From NCBI GenBank assembly GCA_011109175.1, contig RDEW01000009.1, positions 191,237-255,236 on the forward strand: a DNA stretch of 64,000 nt, read 5' to 3'. The position numbers and the translations under genes were made by a program. Position 1 is the stretch's first letter, and the number at the start of each line of letters is the position of its first letter. Below are positions 12,670-24,149 of the stretch, in pieces. The notes beneath the pieces are model-generated. The model did not search any database. It saw only the letters and a list, made by a program, of their open reading frames with translations, and had not been told where the DNA came from. This stretch comes from Dicyema japonicum. Its lineage: Eukaryota; Animalia; Dicyemida.

Positions 12670-13620
12670 TAAACTCCCAAAGTGTCACAGATTAGTAAGC
12701 AACACTCACGCAGAGAGTATTTCTATGCAAATCGTAAGGGAAAGTGCGCACTGAATCAGTCCTATTTCTTCTCGCCCGTCTTTCAATAATATGATCATAT
12801 TTTATTATTAATCAGGAGTTAGTAATAAATAGATGAATACAGAAGCTCTGATGCATGGCCATTCTTTCTCAAGATTGTGAACGAAACTTGTTTGAATAGT
12901 CAATAGCGCTCGCGGAGTTTGTCAGAGGACACTGAAATTCGATTTTCAAGTCGACGCATAAATTCTAACGTCGAGAGTCCAATGACACCGGAAGTTTTCG
13001 CACCAAGAAGAGTAAACATTACTTCGTCGGGTAGATCTGCATACTTTTTTCAACATTTCGGCTTTCTCAACCTTGGTTCTCCCTTTACGATGTGCTAAGA
13101 TGGGTGTTGTATCTGTACAAATGACGTCCTAGACCAGAAGCTTCCAAGGTTTCAAAAGAAAAAAATGGTAATTTGACTGTTTTCCATCATTACTACACAA
13201 GTCAACAGGTTTAAGCAAAGGTGGATAACCGGATGCACCCATGGCCCGTCTAACGACTTCGTTCAGGTCCTTTAGTCTGGGAGACCTTCCAGCACTCTCC
13301 CTATAGACGACTGGATTTAGACCAAGACTATCGATCTGGCCACTAAATCGGCATGGATGTGGTCACGACCTTGGTGGTTCGATAATTTTAAGGTTTTTGA
13401 ACGATTCCCGGTAGGCGAAATCGTTTAAACTACGTTGAGAATCTTATGATGGATGTAGGAACAAATGAAAAGGGTTTAAGTCTCCCGTATGTGGCCGACT
13501 TCAAAGTTGATTGAAATTAGGGAAAGGAGTGTAAAATTTTCCTGATCAATATATTGGAAACCACTAGCGAGGAAAGAGAAAAAAACATCCACACAGCAGC
13601 GAATTCTAAGGCCACAAAAT
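12670..13620 (-). mobile_element. Decayed CRE-clade retrotransposon fragment
   Basis: Minus strand gives GLRIRCCVDVFSLSS near 13600, then KKYADLPDEVMFTLLGAKTSGVIG...RISIEILSA near 12720-13030, matching the other CRE copies. Confidence 0.65.
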
Positions 13621-14127
13621 CTCACTGGCAGTGTGGCCTATTTCCATAAAGCTTCATCAAATAAAAAGATATGTACGCATGAAGCGCCCTGAGATAGTTT
13701 GACATACCCGAAATGGAAGAAATCACCCACGCAAAACTGGGAATCCCACATTTTCTTCGCATTTACTTTTGATGTATTATTACTAAGACATAATTAAAGT
13801 TATGTTATTGTCAAAATTCCAAATTTATTGAGTTTGTTATGCATATTGACAAAGGTTGGGAATTTCCAAAAATATGAAAAATATTTCCACCTTGTGTCGC
13901 AATAGACGAAAACGCAAGTTAACGAAATTTTCTCATAATAGAATGAATAGATGGATCCTTTTAAGTACCAGCCAGACATTGGACGTCTCCAATGACACCA
14001 CCAGAGAAAAGGAAGAGAAATATTCAATCAGGTAGCCACATGGCAGCACGCGGCCATTAATTCATTTGATTCAATTTGTGTGCCTTGGCTTATAAAAAAA
14101 TTTTTGAAATATATTTTAAACCAAAAA

Positions 14128-14487
14128 TTAAAATTTACTATAATTAAGACATGAAATTTTTGCATCGTAATCAAATATAGGTTTATTCAAGCTATCAACA
14201 GAGACTTGATACAATCTATAATAGTCTCTGTTAGTATATCTGATTATATGCCATCCATTTCCTAGTTTGTCAACTTTGCATATATTATAGCCAACAAAAA
14301 AATTGGAGTTGTCTATTTTCAGAGGATCTTGATATTTCATCCACAACTTGTTGATTCGACGTTTGAATTCAATTTCGCAATCAATATTAAATTTTCCAGA
14401 TTTGATTTTAAATAATTTGCAAAATGTCATCGTTCCATGAAATTTGCGTGCAAACTGAATCGATGGGATTAAAATTAGGATGCTCAT
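14128..14487 (-). CDS. Hypothetical 119-aa protein (orphan)
   Basis: Uninterrupted ATG-to-stop ORF of protein-like composition in very AT-rich DNA; no recognisable motif. Confidence 0.35.
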   Translation of the reverse strand: MSILILIPSIQFARKFHGTMTFCKLFKIKSGKFNIDCEIEFKRRINKLWMKYQDPLKIDNSNFFVGYNICKVDKLGNGWHIIRYTNRDYYRLYQVSVDSLNKPIFDYDAKISCLNYSKF

Positions 14488-14608
14488 TCCTTTACAGTTA
14501 TTTTTATAAATTTACCAATAAAAAGCATAAGAATTAAGAAATTATTTGATTTGAAAAAATTTGAAGCTGAATTTCCTGAAGTCTTCCTAAAATTGTTTAA
14601 AGTAAAAT

Positions 14609-16120
14609 TTACATTTTGAGGCGTTCTTGAAGTTTAATTATGCCATTTTTATTTACTTGCTTTAAAGCAGTCGTTGTCCCCCTTAATTTTGATTCAGAAT
14701 ATCGCTTTGAGGTAATATTTGGTTCAAGAACTATGTTGTTATTATAAAGTATTTCAGATTTTTTATAATTTGGTTCACTACTCAGCTTTTTGGATTGAAC
14801 TTCAATATAAGACCCATTTGAAATTTTGTCGGTCTTCAAAATAGATTCCAAGTTTTCTTTACGACTTTTTGAAATGACATCTGAAATTTTGCCGATCGTT
14901 GAGATAGAATTCAAATTTTCTTCTCGATTTAGAAGAATGTCTGAAACTTTTTGAAATTAAAATTACCTTTTGTCTGAGAAGTGGTGAAATAAGAAATAAA
15001 GTGAGCTTTGGTTCCCGCCAATTCAGTGGACGAATCAGACATTGCATCTGTATCAGTGCTCGTACCATTTAAAACTGTAACTGTAAATTCATCTTCGGAT
15101 GTTTCTTGATTGTTAGAAAGATTCCAGTTTGTTTTGAATACGTTGACATTGTCCTTAGTGGGAAGAACGCACATTCGCGTTGACATAAATAAATAAGATC
15201 TATTTTCAGTCGGAATTGTGTATGTTTTAGGTTTTCTAGCTCGGTCATAAATCATTTTATCCAATGGAACGTGATTCGTCAAAGTTGTCCTGGCCTGATC
15301 AATGGTCTTCTGCTCGAGAATAGTGCAAGTCGTCGTTTTTGGTTGATCTTGGACTCTCTGATCAGATAGAGCGGGGTCTTTATCGTTCTGGTTAGATAAA
15401 AGGCTTTCCAATCAGGAAGAGCGGATTTAATTGTTGTCCTGACTTGGTTAAGCTTATTTTGATCAGGAATAGTGTAAGTCTCAGGTGTTTTATCTTTGTA
15501 GCCCCTCAGAATGTTAAAAGTGTAAAGCATCGTCGTCCTGGATTGATCAAATTTATTTTGAATAGGAAGATTGGAAGTCATCTTTATTCTACTTTTTTCA
15601 ATGTTCTTCCATTCAGGATAAGTGGTAGTCATCGTTGCCCTGTTTGATCAAATTCCTTTTGTGCAGGAAAAGTCTTAGTCGTTCTGAATTGTTTACTCTA
15701 AAAGATAAATCACTAAAGGTACTGGATTGAAGTTTATTCGATCAAAATGAGAAGCTTGATCATTATATAAATCGTCATTTTTGCACATTGAAGATGGCCT
15801 CTTAGGCAGAATATCAGGTTCTCCTATTTTATGTGATAGTTTAATACTTGGATAAGAAATGCAATTCATCATAGATCTTATAAATGATCCCAAAGAAGGA
15901 TAGAGAGTTGAAAAAGTCCTGTTCAAATTTATTTGATTTAATCGTTCATCAGAATTTTTTGTTCGAATACTGGGGTCGTTCGGACCTGATTGCTGTCGTC
16001 GCTTTGTGGGTTTTCGCTAAAATAACAAAATAGTGTACAAAAAAATTTTTTGAGATTTTTCAGCTTTTTAAACGCATCGTTCTTTTCCCCTTCGCATTTA
16101 TTTTCCTCTGACCTAGACAT
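14609..16120 (-). CDS. Unidentified multi-exon gene with ~16-17 aa tandem repeats (contains frameshifts; gene or pseudogene)
   Basis: ORF pieces 15938-16120, 15693-15926, 15279-15632, 14929-15411 and 14609-14914 are joined by tiny GT-AG introns. 15698-15722 (25 nt) and 14941-14966 (26 nt) restore frame; a 22-nt intron near 16030 needs a 1-nt indel. About 3 single-base indels are needed overall. Confidence 0.55.
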
Positions 16121-16603
16121 CCTTTCAAATTTGTAATTTTACGCGAATTTAACTTATAAAGCTATTTTTGGAAATTTATTTATTCTTTTTTAACAAATAA
16201 ATATTTCTGTTTTAATAAGTTAAAGTCACGTGGACTATTTAATAATTTCAATTTATTTTCTCGTTATTGCCTTTACGATATTAATAGTTATCAACTTGAT
16301 GAGTCACTGGGTTTCACTGACGTCATGGATCTGAATGCGGTTATACGTCTCAGCCTATGGACGAAAAACAGAGACTTCCTCCTTATTGCTCAATTTGTTA
16401 CGAAAGCAATCGCAGTGAACATGAACAGGTTGAGGATCATTAGTATTCCTTTATTTTCTCCGCTTTTTATGCTGCAATAGTGCTTTAATTTAAATTGTTT
16501 TTTCTAATCGATTAAAAAGTCTAGAATTTTTGAGTTTTTTTTATAAATTTTTTTTTATTTAGAAGTTTTTATTATAATTATTCAAATTAGGAAACATGAG
16601 TAG

Positions 16604-16860
16604 TTAATTACTGAGTCCAGCGGATATGATCGAGTGGCTGTTACCTCTGACTACTGCCAGGGATATCCTTTGGAAAAGCCACTCGGTTTCCCGACGCTCC
16701 CTCGAGGCTTTGGTCAATAGACACCCAAGTGCTCTAAGGAAAGAGACCGTCTTGGGGCCAAAGACTCCGCTTTTATAAATGAAATAAGAATTCAATGTGA
16801 AATTCACTTTCTTCAACCATCATATCATTAACAGAGTCACAAACGGGAGACGTTTTAAAA
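16604..16860 (-). mobile_element. CRE-clade 3' fragment (young subfamily)
   Basis: ORF 16604-16816 has RETEWLFQRISLAVVRGNSHSII. 16614-16730 matches 39932-40048 with one mismatch. Confidence 0.85.
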
Positions 16861-17329
16861 ACCAATTAGTTCGGAAGGTTGAGGGTGTTAACTAACCTCT
16901 ATTGCATGAAATGTTTACTTTTCTTTATGATGAGTGAAAGTCCTTTTCTTCCCGTAATAGGCTCAGGAGACATCAGAAAACCGAAAATCTGAACAAAAGG
17001 AAAAATTGTTCGGTGCACCAGGTATCAGAATTCTAACCCCGTCCTGCTTAAAATTGAAAGAACTTGAAAATAATCCGATTAAGGCCTCACGTACACAGCG
17101 ATGATTCTATCTATCATAATGGCTAATATCTAAATCTAATTTGATTCTTATGTTACCTACCAAGAATGAATTATTAATAAGCACACCGCAAAACAACGTT
17201 AGTAAAGTTATCTCGCTTGTGCCACCCTCTCCTGGATGCGTTTTGTTAATCGCTTCCAGTTCCTTCTGTTCCTCGATAGGTCTTCAGGTGCTCATGATCA
17301 TCTGTCGACGTCAACCCTTTCCCAATCGA

Positions 17330-20014
17330 AGTTAGGTCTTGATGTAGAAGGGTTGATAGAGTAATTCGTGGTCTTCCCGGAAAGTCGATCCCGGATGAGG
17401 AGCATAGTGGTGTTCCATTGCGAGATTAGGGAGTTTCCTGTCCATTCTTAGATGTGACCAAATAACCATCTGTTATTTCTTATTTCTCCGTCCAATGGGT
17501 AGATATTGTAATGGGAATGAGGTATTTGTTTGAGGTGTGGCCAGGAAATTCTTAGAATGTATCTGAGCTGCATTCTATGAAAGGAGTTCAGACTTTCTAT
17601 TTAGCGTTGTGATGCCCAAGAAGATTGTACAGTAAAACCGTTTTTACGAACATATTGTATAATTTGATTTTTAAAGAGGCAGAAATTTGTTTACCTCGAA
17701 ACCATGCGTTGTTTAGTCTTTTAAGAGCGAAAGCTGCTACTGATTTTCTTCGTAGTATGTCTTCTGTATCTCTAAGAGAATGCCAAGTTTCTTCGTATGC
17801 CTCCATTTTTTTCGTGTCGTTGTTTGTATCGCCTAGCTATAGTATATTCTGTTTTCTCGGTGTTAATTTTTAGGAATGATTTTTCAAATGTTTTGGCCAA
17901 TTTGTCGATAATACCTTCTAATTGGTGGTCTGTTGCCGTGAGATATATGTCATCTGCGAAGATGACTTCCGTTATATGTCTGGGGATATGATTCCTTGCC
18001 TCTCGTAGGGTTGCCTCCAGATATGCGATGAATAAGACCGGAGATAGGGCGTCTCCTTGGGGGTATCATTGTTTGTTCCGAATACTGTGGATTTCTGATT
18101 TCCGAGCTGGATAAATAGTTGAGTGGAGGAGAGTAGATAACGAATTATTCTGATGCAATCTTCCTCGAGTAGTGGTGCTAATATTTGTATCATCTTGACT
18201 CTGCTGATTGAGTCAAATGCTTTAGCACATCCATTTGTGGCTCCAAACGGCATCGGAAGTTGATCTTCCAGAGATAAACTCACTTTGACTAGCTCCGATA
18301 AATCCACGTAGTGAGGCTTTTATTCTTTCCAGGGCGATTACGATAGAATTTTTCGCAGTAAGTATGATTGGTCTAAGCTGTTTAGCTTTCTTTTTCCTTC
18401 CCCGTTTTATGTAAGGGATTAATTTTCCGATTCGATGTTAATTCTGGAGTGTTCCTCAAAAGTTTTGTTCAGAATGTGAGATATGAGTTTTTGAAACTCC
18501 TCAGGAGCGTATTTTATGAGCTCTGCATTAACATTATCTGGGTTTGGAGCTTTTGAGTTGTTTAGTCTGGTCGCAGCCTTTTTAACTTCCGTTAAATTAT
18601 TTCTGGTGATAGCTTTCTGTGGACTCCATCGAACGGATAAAGCGTTTTTTCGTTTTCAAAATTGAAATATTTTTCGAAGTGATCAGCTATGATGTCTGTG
18701 CGTTCCTGGTTGTTGTAAATGGTTCTTCCGAGTTCATCATGAACTGTTAGATTTTCAGATTTCTTCTTTCGCGCTAGCATTTATAGATGCATACATTTGC
18801 GCTTCGTGTTTGTACTTTCTACTTCATTTGCAAGGTTTTGTAGCTCTGTTTCGTGGTTTTTCTGATATTTTTTTCTTGTTTCTCGCATAATTTTGTTATT
18901 TTAAGATTTTGAACTCAGTTGCTTTCATTTGGTTGTGGGTGTTGATGCATTTGATCCGTAATCCTTTTGTAAATGGGAGATGTGATCTATATGTGGGTCG
19001 TGTATACCTTTGAGAGTTTTGGGAATTGTCTCAATCGTGTGACTAGCAACTGATTTTATTTTGTTTAAGAGTTTATTCCATAAACTTCCTGCAGGTAGAT
19101 TAAGATTGATTGGTTCTATGGTTTGTGATATTTTAGCTGAATAGTTATTTCTGTGATAGGATCGTTTCTTAAGAGTTCGACTGCATATCTAGCTTCTCTG
19201 TGTTTGTCTTTGACTCTGTTAATTCAAAATCTTCTTTTAGGAGAAGATTGATTACCAATAGTATATGGTCACTCGATGTTGGCGTTCCTCCATATGTTTG
19301 GGCATCTGAGTAGGACTTTCTGTGATTGTCGACACAGAATGTAGTCATTTTGGTAATATATTTTGATTAAATGTCCATTTGAGTCTCGGCGTTCTCCGAT
19401 ACAGGTCGTAATATGCCTTGCAGCGTGCTGGAATACTGTGTTGCAAGTGAATAATTGTTCATTAATCGTCAAGTTGGCCATAGTTGCTCCAAACATGTTC
19501 CTCTGACATCTCCCATGGGAACCAATGAAGCTTAGTTCTCGGCCCTTTTCCGACCTTCCCGTTCCAATCTCCGCTTATGTAAAGTACATATTTCGTGGTT
19601 TTTTCCATACGGGTTGTGGATAGTGAACTGTAAAAGTCATCCAATTCCGTTGGGTTTTTAGAGACTTTTGGAGATATAGGTACATATACATTTATAATTG
19701 TAGTGTTAGATCCAGTTTCCAATTGAATTACGCAAATTCTGTCATTCACTTTCCATATTTTTATATATTCCCGGAGTCTGATATCCACCGCAAAGCCCAT
19801 TCAGTAGTAGTGACAGTCCGAAGAAAGCAAGATAAGGTCGTAGTAAGCATTTTTTTCGTAAAGTCTTTCTTTGACTTTGGTCTCTTGCAGGCAGCAGATA
19901 GTAATGTCGTATCGTTTCAGATCCTAGCAGAGTGACATTCTTTTGACCGACGACTTTAGTCCTCGAACGTTGAAGGATACTAGCGTGAACAGAGAGCTTG
20001 AAAAGAAGAATCAA
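17330..20014 (-). mobile_element. RTE-clade LINE, near full-length but decayed
   Basis: APE fragments (MGFAVD...RICVIQLE, INVYVP, GDWNGKVG), linker (ERTDIIADHFEKYF), RT (AKAFDSISR, FADDI) and LKIKLYNMFVKTVLLYN. Confidence 0.88.
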
Positions 20015-20139
20015 TAAGGTGACTATAATTAGTTTATTCCTAGTTTAATTTAACTTTAGCCAAACGGGATTTGAATCCAAACTGTATCCTGAATTTCCTT
20101 AGTTCGGAGATTCCTAGAAACATAACTAAGAAAATTTTT

Positions 20140-20380
20140 GGTCACGTGGCGTCATGTGGTGCTATGTGGCTAGTTGGTCAAAAATTATTTTCTTTCCTTC
20201 CGATGCTGTCATTGAATCCACCTTACTGAAGAGACGCCCAATACCTGGCCGGCATCAAGCGGATCCAACTATTCCTTCCCTCGGGGACAATTTCGTTACC
20301 TGGAGACAAGTTCTGAAACGCTGGAACGAGCCAGTATTAAGGAGTTAGTCAGTTTCGTTACCCTTGGTATTTGGAATAAT
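20140..20380 (+). repeat. SINE-like family B copy
   Basis: Begins GTGGCGTCATGTGGTGCTATGTGGCTAGTTGG. Body is alignable to 35309-35620 and 50926-51230, and inverted to about 13930-14060. Confidence 0.6.
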
Positions 20381-20953
20381 TTTAATTTAAGAAGATAATC
20401 TGGTATGTCCTTAGCTACAGCTGATTTATTAACATTAACGATTGGAAAGATTATACTACGAGTAACTAATACTATTAAAATCAATCATCACAATCAAGTG
20501 CAATTCTTAAAACTAATAAATGCGAAAAATAGCTTGTTTACCTATAAGATTATGTTAGATGCCTAGAATTGATCAAATTCTTCTGTTATTGTTCAAAAGT
20601 TAACTGATATTGATTGATCAGAAGAACATCACAACAATAGTTTTAAATTTGAAAAATAAAATGACAAAAATTGATATAAATAAAATATTTTGTTACATAA
20701 TTTTATCGATTTAATGGCATATTGTGAACATTTTGAGTCATTAATAGGTTTAGTCATACTTTAATTATGATTTGTCAATTAAATCAGTGTTAATGTCCTA
20801 GTGTGAATCATATGCTTTATATGTCCAGACATGCGACATTGTTCGACATGAAGAGATAATCGATAGCCTCGAAGGTACTATAAGGAATTCTATAATCATT
20901 GCGGAGACGTAAAACGGCGGTATAAAATGATTTTCTTTCGCGAAATACGCACA

Positions 20954-21632
20954 ATGTCGACTGTTTTTACATCGATTCTTTCTCTTTTGCTTATCAATTT
21001 AACCTGTTTGGACATTTGGTTAATTTGTATTAGATTCGGCAGACTGGCTTAGTCAGATAAGGAAAGATTATGACGACTCATTTAACTACGGCGATGACAG
21101 CTCACAATATTCTTTCAAAATTGAAAATGTCTCTAATCCACGGCTGCAAGTTCTAATTGAGAAAACCAAAGGAAAATCAATCCCATGTGTTATGCTAGGA
21201 AATACCTCACTTCTGTCATTCTGCATGAATAATGCCACATGCACACTGGATATTGAGGGTAACCATGCAATACCACACTGCACGTAAATAATTTTTCCCT
21301 AACATTTTTCCAGATGTGTGGAATCAGATTTCTATATTTACACTGGACTCAGATGCCAAATCCCGGTTCCCAAACAGTTCATTTGGTCACTGAAATCAAG
21401 TGAGTTTAGTCATCATATAGTTAAGATGGCTATAAAACGGTTATTGCGTTAATAGTAGTGGTATCGATCCTCGCAATCTTGGCTCTTGTCATGTTTGGAC
21501 TGACTTTGTTCTACAAAAGAACGTATCCTTTACTTACCAGTTTTTAGAGCGGGGTGCCTGTTCACTGAACTGAGACATCCTGTATTGAATCCGAATGATC
21601 AAGAAAGCAGGGACAATCCTCCCTTTAGTTAG
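20954..21632 (+). CDS. Type-I membrane protein with a single EGF-like domain (EGFR/neuregulin-type ligand precursor-like)
   Basis: Exons 20954-21005 (in-frame upstream ATG at 20927), 21034-21283, 21314-21399, 21426-21522, 21548-21632. GT-AG introns of 28, 30, 26 and 25 nt. Protein has a hydrophobic N-terminus, CVMLGNTSLLSFCMNNATCTLDIEGNHAIPHCTCVESDFYIYTGLRCQ (6 Cys, G-x-R-C), a TM segment VIALIVVVSILAILALVMFGLTLFY-KR and a short tail. Confidence 0.85.
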
Positions 21633-21749
21633 ACTGATTTTTTTCGTTAAAATGTAATTTTTATTTTGGTATCTTCCACGTTTTTACATGATAAAATTAA
21701 TTCAAATAAATAAGTAAATAAATGATATTTTAAATAATTAAAAAAATTA

Positions 21750-22293
21750 ATGTCTGAAGAACGTCGTTCCTCTGTGTATTTGCTACTTCAGTCATTGAAA
21801 GAGAGGTTGCTGTGCTCTGTTTTTTGGATTAAAAGTTTCAAAAATCTCATAAGGGTGTAGATAACTTAGTGACTCCAAATAACGCCGAACCATACAATTA
21901 CTACCATAAGAAGTTCAGACGAGTCAAAGAAATAGACGAATGCCTTGTAGACGACTATGCATGTATCTATGAAGCGAATCAGCAATTCATCCGCGACAGG
22001 TTTTTCCATGTAATTATGTACTGGCTTGTCGATAGAACAATCTGTCGTGTTCTGCGTTCCCGCTACAACGAGTGCCGCTACTTCTGGGGTCCTGACCACG
22101 AGACTATGTGTGCCAAGGTGAAAAACAACATGGATGACTCAGAGACAAATTTACACATAAAATGTAACAACCTTAATTATCTTATGACGGCGACTTGGGA
22201 TACTATGGAGACGTAGTGAAGGCCTTCATGAAACAGAAGCATCGACTTATATTTGAAAGAAGGAATGAACAAGTTAGCTATTTATATTACTAA
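21750..22293 (+). CDS. NDUFB10: NADH dehydrogenase (complex I) subunit NDUFB10/PDSW, 4 exons
   Basis: Exons 21750-21834, 21861-21999, 22024-22163, 22187-22293 (471 nt, 156 aa). Motifs YYHKKFRRVKEIDEC...CIYEANQQFIRDRLVD...IKYGDLGYY...AFMKQKHRLIFERR. Intron 1 is GT-AG (26 nt); introns 2 and 3 appear to be GT-TG. Confidence 0.93.
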
Positions 22294-22399
22294 AATATTT
22301 CCTAATAATAAAACCCTCTTATGTTTTGTGTTCTAATTCCTGAATTTATCACTGAAGGTGACCTCTCTGTTCTACTTTAATGGTCATCTCCTATATTCA

Positions 22400-22790
22400 T
22401 CAGAGCGGTCTTGTGGCTAAACCACTAAGAGCCATCTTTGCTTTCCAACTACTTGATATGCTGATAATTTCTTAGCCATGCATAAGATGGTCTTAACTGT
22501 TAGCTGTTTCTCCCATATTTTCTAAAATAGATGGCTGACTTTAGTTGTAAATGATAGGTTTAGTCGTCTCCTTGACCAAATCTATTGATGAAGAATACAT
22601 TATGAAAACTATTCCTCCCAAGAATGAAATGATGTCCGCGACGGTAGGACGTGCGACGAAATGGAAGAGAGCGGACCTACTTCACCTCTCTTCGGAAGCG
22701 GAAGCCTGTAATGAAGTATTGGAAGATGGATTTGGTCGGCACACGCAGATGTTCTCACTTTGGTTCCTTCCTTGGATTAATTAGTTATTG
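22400..22790 (-). mobile_element. Decayed RTE-like LINE endonuclease-region fragment
   Basis: Minus-strand fragments resemble the 5' part of the RTE at 19300-20014; many stops. Confidence 0.45.
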
Positions 22791-24149
22791 ACTGTTTGCG
22801 CTGTGCTTACCATTGTAAGCCTGGGGTTAATAATAATATGTTTAGCCGTCACAGACTGAAGCTTCCTGTCTTAGCTTAGTTAGTTAAATAACGTCGGCCT
22901 CACTTAGTTTTGGGAGACCAGTGGTTATTAAGTGGACACGACAACGGTTTTCCTACCTCAAGGATAATTTAATTCCGGTAATCCTCTTAATATTGGTCTA
23001 CCGTAATTGACTTAGAAAACTGTTCTTTTCTTCTTAGGTCCTCATCCTTCTCCTAGGTTTCTTTAGGGCGAGATTGTATGATTATTTTTTTTGCCATCGA
23101 ACAACCTTAAGCGGATCTCCAGGTTCTTAACAGATGAAAATGATCTTATCAACCGATAATTTGTTTTTTCCCAATATTCAAGATAATTTAAGAAAATAGT
23201 GCAAATTTTTATGAAAAACATGCGTTTTTGATGATATATTGAAGAATCACTTTAAAATTTCACTTTTTAACCATGGATACACCAAGAAGGAAATTCATAG
23301 TTTAAATAGTTGTATATACCCATCTACACGGTGGCAGAAGCAGATAATAATAATGACAGCCTTTTCACGAGAGCCATAATATTTATAGCTCCGTATAGGG
23401 AGGACACACACTTTATTTAGTAAAAAACAGTTAATTTTAACTAATCGTAGGATCAAGGAATGATCTTCACTTCTTTTTTCTTTTTCTTGTGTGTGGGTCC
23501 TTCAGAAGCAGATAAATAATTAAATCCATTCAGAACAGGAAGAAAGGAAACGTCCAGTTCTCGAAAGTGTGGAAACACCACAAGGAAAAATGGTCATTCC
23601 AACGCCATCCGAGCACTTGAAACCACTTGAGACAGATGGCCCATATGATGGCAATTTATTTACACTCAGTCTCTTCAAGTGGAAAAAACCGATGGCTAAC
23701 AGGAAAGTCACAACCAAGAACGGACAATCCCAGATATTCTGGACAAGAGTTGGTCGTCTAGAATAAAAAATGGCAAAATGGGGAAAAGGATTGTCCGATT
23801 CTGTTCAAATAAGAACTTAATGGCAATTCATTCAATCGCAGTAAAAAAATCAGTTATCTCACAAAATATATTTTAATTAACTAATTACAAAAAGGTTAAT
23901 TAGTTAATTAAAATATATTTTATTAAAAAATAAAACATTTAAATAAATCAGAAAAAAACACAGTCAGGTTACATGCAAATGTTTATCTCAACGGTAATGG
24001 ATGCTTGGAACGATAATAAATCTTTCTACGATTTTGGAAGGAATCTCATGAAAATTAAGAACAGTGGTAATCTAACACGTGATGAACACTACAAACTTGC
24101 CAGTTTCTAATATTATAACAGTTTAGAATTTTTAATAAATAATCTATTT

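Noticed and set aside
16290-16450. Hammerhead ribozyme or C/D snoRNA (TTGATGAG...CTGA...CGAAA)
   Set aside because: The core motif is imperfect and I could not find the required stems or spacing.
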